Sequence record: PX063913.1 | Direction: 5' to 3' (one strand) | From: a phage | DNA length: 44,574 nucleotides | Shown: positions 8,095 to 17,537 of the stretch, piece by piece | Position numbering within the stretch: position 1 is the stretch's first letter | Layout: each line of letters opens with the position of its first letter | Made by a program: the position numbers and the translations under genes | The notes under the pieces: generated by a model | What the model was told of the DNA's origin: nothing | The model's database searches: none | What the model saw: only the letters and a program-made list of their open reading frames with translations

Positions 8095-10382
8095 TTTCTG
8101 TACCTGTACATAATGTCGCCTTCCGCGGCAAGCGGGAAGCCTTTCGCCCAAACAGGCAGGTCGCACATCAGCGCGCACAACTCCTCGGTTGTGTAGTCGT
8201 CGGTATCCGGCACTTCGGTGATCAGTTCATCGTGTACGGACAGTACGATCTCATACCCCGCAGCTTCAACGCCCGGCATGGACCATGCGAGGATATCGCG
8301 GCACAGCGCCTGCACGATGTTTTCCGTCAGTTTGCCGCCGTAGGTGTACTGGAATCCCCACTGGCGCGTCGTCTGATTCTCACCCTGATATTTAATGCGG
8401 GTGCTGGTGCGCTTCTTGCCGGTGTCTTCGTCGATCTCGGTCGTCACTGACAGCGCAATGCCTGGGTAACTCATAATACGCCCCGACGGCAACTCAATTT
8501 TCAACCACCACCCCGCGGCGTTCGGGTCGTCGCGCTCCTCGTCGAAGGTTGGGTCATGCTTCGCCTTCGTGCGGACTATCTTGAGCGCTTTCTTACCATC
8601 CGGGCGAACGTTCGCGCCAGCCCAGTACGCTTTGCCCGGATTGCGGATTGCACACAACACCGCGTCCTCAAGCTCGGCCCAAAAAGCTACCGTCTTCGGG
8701 TGAGCCTCGCGCCACATGCGTTTAATCGCATCACACGTAAGCCATACGTTTTTCGGCAGTATGTAAGTCGGACGCTCGTCCTTCTTGCCCGGCTTCGGCG
8801 GTCGCTTCGCTTCGTTAATGCGGGCGTATTCATAACCACGTTTCGCCGCCGCCCAAATGTGATCGGGGAATGTGCCCTTCATCACTTCCGCCATCGCGTA
8901 AAGGTCGAGGCCCAGATTTTTAGCGAACTGCAAGAACGCCGCCACGCCACCACCATAGCCCAGGCCCAATTCGCACGCCTTACCGATCTGGCGTAAGTCT
9001 TTGCGGTTGGCTTTAATGTATTCTGGGTCAAGGCCGAACATCTTGCCGGCAGTCTCACAATAGATATCGCGACCGGCCCTAAACACCATTAGCGCGGTTT
9101 TCTCGCCAGCGATCCAGGCAAGTCCACGCCCTTCCACGTTGGAGTAGTCCGCTACGACAAACTTCTTACCCTTCGCCGGAATAATGCACCCGCGGACAGT
9201 CGAGGCCGTTAGCTTCGATATGTCATACGCCCAGTGCGCTGTCCCACGTAACAGGGAGTTGATGCCGTTGGTGAGCATGTGCGACCGCACCCAAAAAGCG
9301 ACGTCGCTCTCGCCTTCACGGCGTTTAATCTTCCCTTCGTGGTCGTCGCTATATTCGCCGCGTGCCAGGTTTTGCGGCTGGAAGCCTTTACCGGCCCAGC
9401 GTAGCGTGCGCTTTGCGCCGCCATACTGAAGACACCCACGGCGGCGACCATCGGCGGATAGGCCATTAACGAGCGGATTGTACTTAGTCGACGCCGTGGA
9501 TGACGCACCGAGGCGCATCTCGATAAGCGCTTTGCCTTCGTCCGGGAAGTCTGGATCTTCCAGCAGGTCGTTAAGCGTGGATTTCTGCGCGTTGTGGATT
9601 GTGAACGCAGGCGCGAGGTCGCGCAGCGCGGGCAGGAAGTCATTGCCGGTTAGCTTACCGCCGAAGCGCTCCCAGGCTTCTTCCTTTAATTCTTCCTTAT
9701 GCGCCTGTACCGCTTTGATCGCAGCGCGTGCCAGGTCAACGTCCACATAGAAGCCGCGGTCGTTAATCAACTGGTCAATAAGCAGGATTTCGTCTTCCTT
9801 CGGCGTATTACCCCAGTCCGGTATGCGCCAATAGACTTCCCTCATCGCGATGATATCCAGCGCGGCATAGCGCAGGAATTTAGCCCATTCTTCAGGGTGA
9901 GTCTCGCGGGTGTAGCGGCGGATTTTGTAGGTCTTAGGGGTTGGCTTACAGAAGCGTTTGATCAGCGCCTTGCCAGCCTTATCCTTCGCGTGTTCTGCGT
10001 CAACGCCCAGCACCTGGCATTGCATGTCGAGACTACCCGGCAGCGCGTGTCGGAAGGCCATAATCATGGTGTCTTCGATCTGGCCTACCGGCAGGTCAAT
10101 GCCCCACTTCTCGCGAATAACCAGGCGGTCAAACAGGAGGCCGTTAGCCATCACGATTTTTGCTTTCTTGCGAGATACCCGGCGGAGCGCCTTGCGCAGT
10201 TCACGCGGCATTGTGGGGGACTCGGTGCAATCCCATGTCTGCACGCGGCCCTCGTCGATGGCGTAGGTGCAAATCATAATCTCGGTGGTTGGGTGCTCTG
10301 CGTAGGCGTATGCGCCAACTTTCTTCAGGTCTACCCCGCTAAATGTCTCGGTATCGAGAAACAGGCGTTCGAAGTCTTTCAT
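8091..10382 (-). CDS. DNA polymerase, family A, with 3'-5' exonuclease domain
   Basis: Exo I LFLDTETFSG, Exo III YAALDIIAM, Pol motif A VVADYSNVEGRGLA, motif B RQIGKACELGLGYGGG, motif C VLSVHDELI. Confidence 0.95.
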   Translation of the reverse strand: MKDFERLFLDTETFSGVDLKKVGAYAYAEHPTTEIMICTYAIDEGRVQTWDCTESPTMPRELRKALRRVSRKKAKIVMANGLLFDRLVIREKWGIDLPVGQIEDTMIMAFRHALPGSLDMQCQVLGVDAEHAKDKAGKALIKRFCKPTPKTYKIRRYTRETHPEEWAKFLRYAALDIIAMREVYWRIPDWGNTPKEDEILLIDQLINDRGFYVDVDLARAAIKAVQAHKEELKEEAWERFGGKLTGNDFLPALRDLAPAFTIHNAQKSTLNDLLEDPDFPDEGKALIEMRLGASSTASTKYNPLVNGLSADGRRRGCLQYGGAKRTLRWAGKGFQPQNLARGEYSDDHEGKIKRREGESDVAFWVRSHMLTNGINSLLRGTAHWAYDISKLTASTVRGCIIPAKGKKFVVADYSNVEGRGLAWIAGEKTALMVFRAGRDIYCETAGKMFGLDPEYIKANRKDLRQIGKACELGLGYGGGVAAFLQFAKNLGLDLYAMAEVMKGTFPDHIWAAAKRGYEYARINEAKRPPKPGKKDERPTYILPKNVWLTCDAIKRMWREAHPKTVAFWAELEDAVLCAIRNPGKAYWAGANVRPDGKKALKIVRTKAKHDPTFDEERDDPNAAGWWLKIELPSGRIMSYPGIALSVTTEIDEDTGKKRTSTRIKYQGENQTTRQWGFQYTYGGKLTENIVQALCRDILAWSMPGVEAAGYEIVLSVHDELITEVPDTDDYTTEELCALMCDLPVWAKGFPLAAEGDIMYRYRK

Positions 10383-10549
10383 TGCTTAATCCTCACCACG
10401 GCGTCAGCACTGCCGATCACGGAGAAGATGCCGTCGGAAAGGGTAATCTCCTCGCCGTTGTTGCGAATCTCGGCAACTGTGAAATATTCGCCCAGCATTT
10501 TGGACCATACTTGCATTCCGACTTTTACTTCGCTGGCTTTAATACGCAT
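10379..10549 (-). CDS. Small hypothetical protein (not in ORF track)
   Basis: 56-aa ORF MRIKASEVKVGMQVWSKMLGEYFTVAEIRNNGEEITLSDGIFSVIGSADAVVRIKQ; AGGA 9 nt upstream; stop overlaps the polymerase ATG (ATGA). Confidence 0.45.
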   Translation of the reverse strand: MRIKASEVKVGMQVWSKMLGEYFTVAEIRNNGEEITLSDGIFSVIGSADAVVRIKQ

Positions 10550-10565
10550 TTTTCATTGTCCTATT

Positions 10566-10589
10566 AAAAAGCCCGCATTAAGCGGGCTT
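10566..10589 (-). terminator. Rho-independent terminator (minus strand)
   Basis: On the minus strand AAGCCCGC-ttaat-GCGGGCTT followed by T5, just downstream of the SSB gene stop. Confidence 0.6.
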
Positions 10590-10607
10590 GAATAGTGGGC
10601 TTTGCCC

Positions 10608-11330
10608 TTAACGGCGGCGACGTTTACGTGGCGCTTCGTCTTCGTCATCATCGTCGTCATCGCGGCGCTTGGACTTTTTGGACTTGCGCGGCTTGTCCTC
10701 TTCGTCATCGTCATCACGACGTTTTGACTTTTTGGACTTGCGCGGGCTTTCATCTTCGTCATCGTTGTCCAGGTCTTCGTCGGAGCAAGAAGAACCGCCA
10801 CCGCCGAAGGATTCACCATCATCGCGGAAGCGCAGACCCAAAAGACCAGCACCGAGTCCCTTGCCGTTGGTATTGTTCCACGCCCAGATATCGAGTGACA
10901 CGTTGCAATAACAACCGGAGTAGATCTCCTGGCCTTCGATCTCGTCGCCTTCTACGGTCAGACCTTGTTCCGTCTGCTTCTCGCCGAGTGACGTTTGAAT
11001 GATCGGCTGTTTGAACGATTTGGCGTTGATGTACAACATGCCTTCGAATTCTTCGGTTACTTCGTCGCGCTCGTCACCGTCGCGAACTGCGCATTCCTTA
11101 GAATCCTGGGCGTAGTGGCGGTCCATCCACTTATCAGCATTCTTCTCGGATTTCAGCTTGTCGGTGAGCACTGCGCGCGCTGCCGCTTCCACTTTGTCCA
11201 CCTGCGGATCTTCTTTATCCAGAAGAATCACTGCACGGTATGCCGGTTTTTGACCATCCTGTTTAGGGGTATCGCGTTCCCAAATTTTAAGGAAACATAC
11301 GCGCACATTTTTCAGGTTGACTTTAGCCAT
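10608..11330 (-). CDS. Single-stranded DNA-binding protein (DUF2815 / T7 gp2.5-like)
   Basis: Start at MAKVNLKNVRVCFLKIWE (ATG 11330); YSGCYCNVSLDIWAWNNTNGKGLGAGLLGLRFRDDGESFGGG matches the DUF2815 SSB family. C-terminus is a tandem-duplicated acidic/basic tail ending RKRRRR. Confidence 0.6.
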   Translation of the reverse strand: MAKVNLKNVRVCFLKIWERDTPKQDGQKPAYRAVILLDKEDPQVDKVEAAARAVLTDKLKSEKNADKWMDRHYAQDSKECAVRDGDERDEVTEEFEGMLYINAKSFKQPIIQTSLGEKQTEQGLTVEGDEIEGQEIYSGCYCNVSLDIWAWNNTNGKGLGAGLLGLRFRDDGESFGGGGSSCSDEDLDNDDEDESPRKSKKSKRRDDDDEEDKPRKSKKSKRRDDDDDDEDEAPRKRRRR

Positions 11331-11420
11331 TTTCCAATTCCTCATTTTCACATGTATCGGGGTTATTGTGAGCCACCCCGTTCGGCTTGGTTGTTAATCT
11401 ACTTGGTTGCACCTAAGCGG

Positions 11421-11663
11421 TCAAGCATTTTCGTTAAAAAGATTTCGGGTCACGTAGTTAGTGGCGTTCTCGATCCAGCTTAACGGCGGTCGGTCGATGT
11501 TCTTCTCCACCCAGTCGACGGCAGCGTCACTATACCCGTCATCCAGCCAGCGGGTCGGATGACGAATCATCCACGCCACCATTAACACGCCTTGCACGCA
11601 ATGCAGGATAAAGCCCAGCGCACCGAGCAAAAACATCAATAAGATTGCAAATACTTTATTCAT
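11421..11663 (-). CDS. Small membrane protein
   Basis: N-terminal hydrophobic helix VFAILLMFLLGALGFIL; GAGGA upstream of ATG 11663. Confidence 0.5.
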   Translation of the reverse strand: MNKVFAILLMFLLGALGFILHCVQGVLMVAWMIRHPTRWLDDGYSDAAVDWVEKNIDRPPLSWIENATNYVTRNLFNENA

Positions 11664-13086
11664 TGCTTAAGTCCTCGTCAGTAGCTTCTGACCACGCAGG
11701 ACGCGGGTCGTCGATCGGTGCTAACACCGGTTTAGCTGGCGCGCGTGTGATTTTATCACACAGCTTAGCCCACACTTTCGGTTTTTCGTCCTTCAGTACC
11801 TTCTCGGCATCCGTAGGGCTGAGCAATGTTTCTTTGTACATCACATCGCGCTTGATCCGGGCCTTCGTGAAGATTTCAATCGCTTCGCTCTCGTCCGCCC
11901 ACTTGCGGATCCCTTCCTTACCGGCGACCATCTTGAGGCCCAGCGATTCGCCGTCGCCCGCCATTACCGCCTTGAATACCGCGGACTCGATAGCCTTGAT
12001 GTGCTGGCGCATTGCGCCCAGGCCTTCATAAGCCTTGCGCAGTTCCGCCGCGCTCATAGCGCCTGGTGTGGATTCATTCTTGCCTCGTTTAGCACGTCGG
12101 GCAGCCTTCCGGGCTTCACGGGCCATGTTGCGATCGTGGTTGGCGCATTCTTCCTCGGTAGCCACGCTCACGTCGTCGCCCAGGTCTTCGTCGGTTGCCG
12201 TTGGTGGTGTCATAGTGTCGATTGCGGCCTTCGCCCGGACGCTGCACTGGTCCGCAAATCTGCACCACTGGCACGCATCAACGCTGGGCCGGAAGTCGGC
12301 GCGGGTGAGTCCTTTTTTACCACGGGCGTACGCTTCCAGTGCGGCGATAGCACGCTTGGACGCAAACTTCGCGAATATCTCCAGCGCTTCCACTGAGATA
12401 TCCCACTCTGACGCCCCGCCGCAATACGGCTGGAAGATAACCAGGCGCACGGTCGTAATGTCGTACATGGTTTGCAGCTTGCGCAGCAGGCCGAGCGCGT
12501 ACAACATAAGCTGTTTGTTTTCTTTTGCCTCGACCTTATGTCGCCCGGTCTTCAGGTCGCCAACAATCAGCATGTACGTGCCGTCGGTCTTTTTCATGAC
12601 CATGACCATATCGGCAGTTCCGAACGTCTTAACCTTGTTGCCGTCGATCTCGAAGCCTGAGTGAAGGACGCGGGTAAGATCGGCGCGCATCTCAAGCTGG
12701 ACAAACTCCGCCACTTCAAGGAGCGGACGCCAGTGGTCGATGTATGCATCGCACTGCTTCACCATGTCGTCGTTGACCAGTACGCCGCCTTTCGGTGCTT
12801 TCGGGTGGGCCTTTACTGGCCCCTTGCCTTCGTTCTCGACGTAGCACCCTTTATACGTCTTTGCTGTTATCAGCTTTTCACCGGCGATAATGCGGTTTAG
12901 CACCACTTCAGATACGGTGTGCATACTCGTACCGTTAATCGCGGCTTGCCCGGATTCGTTCGGGATATCTTTTTCCACCACCAGGGCGGCGGGACACCCC
13001 ATCCATTTTTTAGCACCGGATGGGCCAAGTAATGAGTGTTCCGTATTACTACCGGATTGCGTTTTACGTTTTGGTTTAATCGCCAT
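11656..13086 (-). CDS. PD-(D/E)xK nuclease, DUF2800-like (RecB/Cas4-type)
   Basis: N-terminal HSLLGPSGAKKWMGCP and C-terminal Cys cluster CQWCRFADQC are typical of the DUF2800 family that accompanies DUF2815 SSB in phage replication modules. Confidence 0.65.
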   Translation of the reverse strand: MAIKPKRKTQSGSNTEHSLLGPSGAKKWMGCPAALVVEKDIPNESGQAAINGTSMHTVSEVVLNRIIAGEKLITAKTYKGCYVENEGKGPVKAHPKAPKGGVLVNDDMVKQCDAYIDHWRPLLEVAEFVQLEMRADLTRVLHSGFEIDGNKVKTFGTADMVMVMKKTDGTYMLIVGDLKTGRHKVEAKENKQLMLYALGLLRKLQTMYDITTVRLVIFQPYCGGASEWDISVEALEIFAKFASKRAIAALEAYARGKKGLTRADFRPSVDACQWCRFADQCSVRAKAAIDTMTPPTATDEDLGDDVSVATEEECANHDRNMAREARKAARRAKRGKNESTPGAMSAAELRKAYEGLGAMRQHIKAIESAVFKAVMAGDGESLGLKMVAGKEGIRKWADESEAIEIFTKARIKRDVMYKETLLSPTDAEKVLKDEKPKVWAKLCDKITRAPAKPVLAPIDDPRPAWSEATDEDLSNE

Positions 13087-13274
13087 TATTCCACCCTTGA
13101 AAACTGAGCAATGTAATATTCATGTTTAACACCGGCTCGCTTCGCGGCTTCGTTCATGGTAGCCGCCAAACCTCGGGCTTGAGTCCAGCAGCAATTCCAG
13201 TTCTGATTCATAACAATTTCTGGTTGCTCATCGCCGGTAATACGGCAACGAAATAAAACAAAGAATATAGCCAT
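13086..13274 (-). CDS. Hypothetical small protein
   Basis: 62-aa ORF, GGGAGA at 9 nt spacing upstream of ATG 13274. Confidence 0.45.
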   Translation of the reverse strand: MAIFFVLFRCRITGDEQPEIVMNQNWNCCWTQARGLAATMNEAAKRAGVKHEYYIAQFSRVE

Positions 13275-13526
13275 TTATTTTGTCTCCCAGCGGTCAATTG
13301 TTTTTGCTTCGGATGCAACTGCGAAGCGAACATATTCCAGATTGGAATCCGCCCAAATATAAAAGTCGGGGTTAATAAAAGTGGTGCGCTTAATTTGCGC
13401 GGGGGTGTTGCGGCGTTTATCAATTACAGCAACGCGCGATTGAAAGCTGCCGATGCGTTCGAATAACCAATAGTACGGGCGCTGGTCGCGGGAATCCACC
13501 GCCTCGATTAGCGTGAAGCGTGCCAT
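13275..13526 (-). CDS. Hypothetical protein
   Basis: 83-aa ORF, AGGA upstream of ATG 13526. Confidence 0.5.
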   Translation of the reverse strand: MARFTLIEAVDSRDQRPYYWLFERIGSFQSRVAVIDKRRNTPAQIKRTTFINPDFYIWADSNLEYVRFAVASEAKTIDRWETK

Positions 13527-13539
13527 TGTCTCGTCCTCT

Positions 13540-13566
13540 AAAAAGAGGCCCGCAGATTAGCGGGCC
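13540..13566 (-). terminator. Rho-independent terminator (minus strand)
   Basis: On the minus strand GGCCCGC-taatct-GCGGGCC followed by TCTTTTT, after the stop of the acidic protein gene. Confidence 0.55.
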
Positions 13567-13574
13567 GGATAATA

Positions 13575-14117
13575 TTAGTCTTCCAGTTCGAAATAAGTTT
13601 CGACGATTTCTTTTAGCTCGGTGTGGAAGTCTTCGACGTCGTCGTCTTCCAGTTTAGCGATTGATTTGATCTCGAACGATTCCAGCAGGTCGTCGAATTC
13701 GTCGTTCGCATCATCATCATCGCCGCCTGCAATAATAGCGGCATACTGTTTGATTTCGTCGCGCATCTCTGCCAGCGGGTCGGCTTCTTTCTTACCTTTC
13801 CCTTTCGCTGGTGCTTTTTTACCCTTCGCCGGTTTTTCGTCTTCGGCTTCATCATCATCGTCGTCATCCTCTACGACTTCTTTTTTGGCCTTTCCTTTAG
13901 ACTTGGTTTCTTTTGCCGCGCCTTTTTTCGCCTTGGGCGTATCTTCGACTTCGTCCTGATCGTCGTCTTCGACTTCAGTCTCCGGCTTGGCCTTGCCTTT
14001 CTTAGCGGTGCCGTTTGCTTTTGGGTCTACGGCAGCGCCCACAGTTTCATAATGTTTAGCGATGGTTTCCAGTGCTACTACGCCGCGAGTGATCAGGTTT
14101 ACGATTTGCTCAAACAT
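13575..14117 (-). CDS. Highly charged acidic/lysine-rich early protein
   Basis: Start at MFEQIV (ATG 14117, GGAG 8 nt upstream). The upstream part of the long track ORF runs through the promoter. Alternating poly-D/E runs and K-rich runs (KKGKAKP, KGKKAPAKGKGKK). First gene downstream of the leftward promoter. Confidence 0.6.
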   Translation of the reverse strand: MFEQIVNLITRGVVALETIAKHYETVGAAVDPKANGTAKKGKAKPETEVEDDDQDEVEDTPKAKKGAAKETKSKGKAKKEVVEDDDDDDEAEDEKPAKGKKAPAKGKGKKEADPLAEMRDEIKQYAAIIAGGDDDDANDEFDDLLESFEIKSIAKLEDDDVEDFHTELKEIVETYFELED

Positions 14118-14313
14118 GGTATATCTCCGATTGGTTAAGTTTAGGTGTCGACCATTAACTTCGTCGGTGGCCTTAACATAGAGCCAGGTTACGCGTTCTC
14201 CCTTTCGGGTAGTGGACCTGGTTATATAATCACGGTTGGGAATCCTGACACTTCGATCCGGCCCCTGCGTTGCCCCTCTCCAGTTTGCGTCCTGCATCCT
14301 GTCGACGAGGTGA

Positions 14314-14342
14314 ATATTAGATTGGTTGCAGAAGGGAGTCAA
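14314..14342 (-). promoter_or_regulatory. Leftward sigma70-like promoter
   Basis: Minus strand reads TTGACT, 17-nt spacer, TAATAT; the spacer contains the ATTGGTTGCA motif. Confidence 0.5.
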
Positions 14343-14457
14343 CAACTAATTTAAAAAAAAAGCGCCGAAGCAAAATGCGACGGCGCTAACCAATAAGAGA
14401 CAATGAGACGGGAGTATTATTACACGCGTGCGCGCCCGTTTCAATATTCCAAAGGAG

Positions 14458-14486
14458 TTGACACCCTGCGGTTTTATGTGTAGTTT
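14458..14486 (+). promoter_or_regulatory. Rightward sigma70-like promoter
   Basis: TTGACA, 17-nt spacer, TAGTTT, 30 nt upstream of the HTH gene RBS; the -10 is weak. Confidence 0.4.
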
Positions 14487-14517
14487 CGTTGGTCATTAAC
14501 CAACCGGAGACAGATTA

Positions 14518-14847
14518 ATGAATATCAACGACGCAATCGAAATGTTAACTAAGACTGTTTGCAGTGAGACTAGCCGGTCATGGGCGTATACCGATGCCGT
14601 GGGGCGGGTGCTATTTGAAATCGAACGTCTGCGCAGTGTCGAAAAAGAATTGCGCGCCAGGCTGGAATTACTCAACGGTACGGCGGCGAGCAAGCTGCAA
14701 AAGCACAATGAAGAAATGGAAGAATATAAAAAACAGGTTATCCGTTTGCGCGATGAGGGAAAGTCATGGGCGATGATCGCGGAGTTGACAGGAATTAATC
14801 AGAGCACCGTGCGCTCCTGGGTACGCAATAACAAAACTTCGAAGTAA
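14518..14847 (+). CDS. Helix-turn-helix DNA-binding regulator
   Basis: C-terminal GKSWAMIAELTGINQSTVRSWVRN is a classic HTH; first gene of the rightward arm; GGAGA RBS. Confidence 0.65.
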   Translation: MNINDAIEMLTKTVCSETSRSWAYTDAVGRVLFEIERLRSVEKELRARLELLNGTAASKLQKHNEEMEEYKKQVIRLRDEGKSWAMIAELTGINQSTVRSWVRNNKTSK

Positions 14848-14857
14848 GGCAACGGCA

Positions 14858-17122
14858 ATGAGCTTAATTAAATTCGCTGTAACACGACCCGCTAAAAAAG
14901 GCGAAAAAGCCAGGGCGGAAAACTTCCAGATGACCACCGATGAATTTTTCGAATTTATCAATGACGCGAAAGAAATCTCATCGGTGCACATCAACAAGAC
15001 CGAGGATAAAGCCGAGTATGCGCGCCGCAAGCGTAAGGCCGACGGCATCGTGGCATATACCAGTGACGGCCTCCGCCGTAAGACCAGTGCGGTTGACCGC
15101 TCGATCCTGTTCTTTGATATTGACCGCACCGACACTCGCACCTTACGCCGCTGCCGCAAAGCGTTCATTGACGCGGGTCTGGAACACGTATTCCACACCA
15201 CTACCGGCGACCGTCACCCGCTTAAAGGCGGCACGCGTTGCGCCCGTTTCCTGGTGCTCACAGACAAACCCGTACCGGCGGAAGACCTGGGCCGCGTGCA
15301 GTACGCGCTGTTAGACCAACTGGGCCTGTCTGATGTGGACTTCGACGACTGCACGAAAGATACAAACCGCCTGATGTACCTACCACACCAGCAGTCTGTC
15401 ATTAAGTGCCACTACGGAAAGCGCGCCAGTGTGCGTCGTCTGCTTCGCCGGGCTGACAAGCTGGGAGTGGAGAAAGAGGAAGTACGCCGCGAGCTTACCC
15501 AGGGCGACGACGCAGTGGCGGACGGGATTCTGGACTGGTGCTTCCAGGCAGGATTCGAGGAGTTATCTTCTGGTCGCGGTTATGAAGTGCCGTGCCCGAA
15601 CGAACATCTGCACAGCGGCGAAGGGTCGACGGCTATCATGGTCAAGGATGGCGAGATCCGTTTCAAGTGTATGCACACCGGCAACGAGTGTTGCTCTGAG
15701 CTAAATAGACACCAGCACCTGGCGCTACGTCTTATCGGGATACCGGACCACCTGAACGTCGAGCCGCACAACATGTCACGCAAGCAAATCGCCGCCATCC
15801 TCCCCGGACTGGACGACGAGGAAGTCGAATCCTTATATGATCACATTGTTGATGCGGTTGGCGACGGCGAAGAATATGGCGTGTGCACCGATGCGGATCT
15901 GGATAACGAGCCGGTCGCACTGTTCAGCAAGCACGACCCGATCATCGAGGGGTTGATTAACTTTAAATCGACCTGGTATATGGCGGGTGAGTCGAATATC
16001 GGTAAGTCTTTCTATGTGCTGGGGCAGATGGGTGCGGTTGCCGCGGGTATTCCGTTTGGCGGTGCGAAGGTCGTCCAGTCTCATTGCTTCTATTTCGACG
16101 CGGAAGGCGGCGAAGCCTCCAACCAGCGCAAAGAAGCATTGCAGATTAAATATGAGCACGACCTCGACAAGCTGCACATTATCGATCTGCAGTCACGCGG
16201 CTGGGATATCACCAGCAAATCAGGCTTGCGCGAAGTTATCAGCTTTATCAACCGCACCGCTAACGGCGAACCGGTTGGCCTGGTGGCGTTCGACTCACTC
16301 AACCAAACTGTTGCGCTGCGGTCCGCCGATGCCAAACCGTTTGACGAGAACAACGCCAGCGATATGGGTGAAGTGGTCAAAGCGCTGAAGACCATTGCGG
16401 AAAATACAGGTGGCAGTGCGGGCGTCATACACCACCCGGCGAAGGGTGCAAACGGCAGCAGATCCCCGCGTGGGTCCGGTGCGCTTCATGGCGCTGTCGA
16501 TTCCGCTTTCTTCCTGGAACAGCCGGACGACAACCAGCCGGGACAACTTAACCTGTACCACGAAAAATCACGTAACGGCATCAAGCAAGCGCCGCGTGGC
16601 TTCGTCCTGCTCAAGTGCAAGGTGGCGGTAGATCTCCGCAAGTCAGAAGCGTTCGCGTCGCACCAGTCCACCAGCACCGGGCCAGACTTCGGCGACGTAG
16701 TTGCCGGTTGGGACGTCAAACCAATTGCATCCACGCCTCGCGACGAGACTCTGTACCTCGTACCGGTCGCCCTGGCACCGTTCGCTATAGAACAGGCGAA
16801 GGCCGCGGGCAAAGCCGCAGTTAAGGAAGAAAACGCCGCTGGTCCGCGCAACGAAAAAGAGAAAGTGCTTTATGCGGCCCTGGAAAAACTGATGGAAGAT
16901 AACCCGAACCATACTGGTTTCAGTAAATCGGCAATCGTCCGCCAGGCGGGACTCGCTAAGGGTGGCACTTCGACGAAGGCAATCGACGATATGGTCGAGC
17001 GCGGCGTGATTGGTTTCTATACAGATCCGCACACCGGGGCCATCTATGGGTCGTCGAATTTAGTCATCAAATCGGATATCCCCATCACGCTTTCGGCGAC
17101 CGATGATGACCTGAAAGATTAA
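14858..17122 (+). CDS. Primase-helicase (AEP-type primase domain fused to P-loop ATPase)
   Basis: N-terminal ILFFDIDRTD and HVFHTTTGDRHP resemble archaeo-eukaryotic primase motifs; central Cys/His cluster; Walker A GESNIGKSF and Walker B LVAFDSLN in the C-terminal half. Confidence 0.75.
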   Translation: MSLIKFAVTRPAKKGEKARAENFQMTTDEFFEFINDAKEISSVHINKTEDKAEYARRKRKADGIVAYTSDGLRRKTSAVDRSILFFDIDRTDTRTLRRCRKAFIDAGLEHVFHTTTGDRHPLKGGTRCARFLVLTDKPVPAEDLGRVQYALLDQLGLSDVDFDDCTKDTNRLMYLPHQQSVIKCHYGKRASVRRLLRRADKLGVEKEEVRRELTQGDDAVADGILDWCFQAGFEELSSGRGYEVPCPNEHLHSGEGSTAIMVKDGEIRFKCMHTGNECCSELNRHQHLALRLIGIPDHLNVEPHNMSRKQIAAILPGLDDEEVESLYDHIVDAVGDGEEYGVCTDADLDNEPVALFSKHDPIIEGLINFKSTWYMAGESNIGKSFYVLGQMGAVAAGIPFGGAKVVQSHCFYFDAEGGEASNQRKEALQIKYEHDLDKLHIIDLQSRGWDITSKSGLREVISFINRTANGEPVGLVAFDSLNQTVALRSADAKPFDENNASDMGEVVKALKTIAENTGGSAGVIHHPAKGANGSRSPRGSGALHGAVDSAFFLEQPDDNQPGQLNLYHEKSRNGIKQAPRGFVLLKCKVAVDLRKSEAFASHQSTSTGPDFGDVVAGWDVKPIASTPRDETLYLVPVALAPFAIEQAKAAGKAAVKEENAAGPRNEKEKVLYAALEKLMEDNPNHTGFSKSAIVRQAGLAKGGTSTKAIDDMVERGVIGFYTDPHTGAIYGSSNLVIKSDIPITLSATDDDLKD

Positions 17123-17216
17123 TTTTTGCGCGCATTGGTTGCCATCTTGAGTGTTTTTAGCTGGTCGCATTGGTTGCCGCGTAGTGTCAATATAATGCAT
17201 AGTTATGCAATAAAAC

Positions 17217-17395
17217 TGCATAAAGTAAGCGGGACAAAAAGCGGGACAAACCGGGGGCGGGACAAAGCGGGACAGCACCCCTGTCCCGCCCCGGATGACG
17301 CGGCCTGGCGAGGAGCGGGACAGGCGGGACAACTCCCAGTCTTTCAGACTAGACGGGGGTCAGCGGCCCCCCTCGTCTGAGACTGCATAAAATCC
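17217..17395. repeat. Iteron-rich non-coding element, copy A
   Basis: TGCATAAA followed by at least six GCGGGACA units (both orientations) and a long imperfect hairpin CAGTCTTTCAGACTAGACGGGGG...CCCCCCTCGTCTGAGACTG; homologous to 34186-34355. Confidence 0.8.
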
Positions 17396-17537
17396 GGGAT
17401 TGCAAAATACACGGCAGCATGTTGCGGATTGCGGTCGTCGCTGAACTAGGCAACCAATGCGAGATGCAGAAAGTGGTGTGGAAAATGCAGTTTGCAGTTA
17501 CAGCAGATAGCGATCAACTTTTTCATGCGCGTGATTA

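Noticed and set aside
9699-10595. Long plus-strand ORF (298 aa) antisense to the DNA polymerase gene; similar shadow ORFs at 2601-3287, 12035-12664, 22609-23352, 29614-30480, 32513-33244 and 36254-36724
   Set aside because: They lie entirely antisense to, or overlap, well-supported genes with recognisable motifs, lack convincing RBS, and have low-complexity arginine/proline-rich translations typical of shadow ORFs in GC-rich coding DNA.
14118-14345. N-terminal extensions of track ORFs (13575-14345; also 22555, 28425, 30488, 33347, 37061)
   Set aside because: The extended starts run through promoters or terminators, or use non-ATG codons without RBS; internal ATGs with good Shine-Dalgarno spacing were used instead.
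17126-17380. ORFs inside the iteron regions (17126-17380 plus, 17060-17332 minus, 33988-34233 minus)
   Set aside because: They run through GCGGGACA repeats and hairpins, have no RBS, and would encode repetitive Gly/Arg/Pro-rich sequence; the regions are better explained as non-coding.
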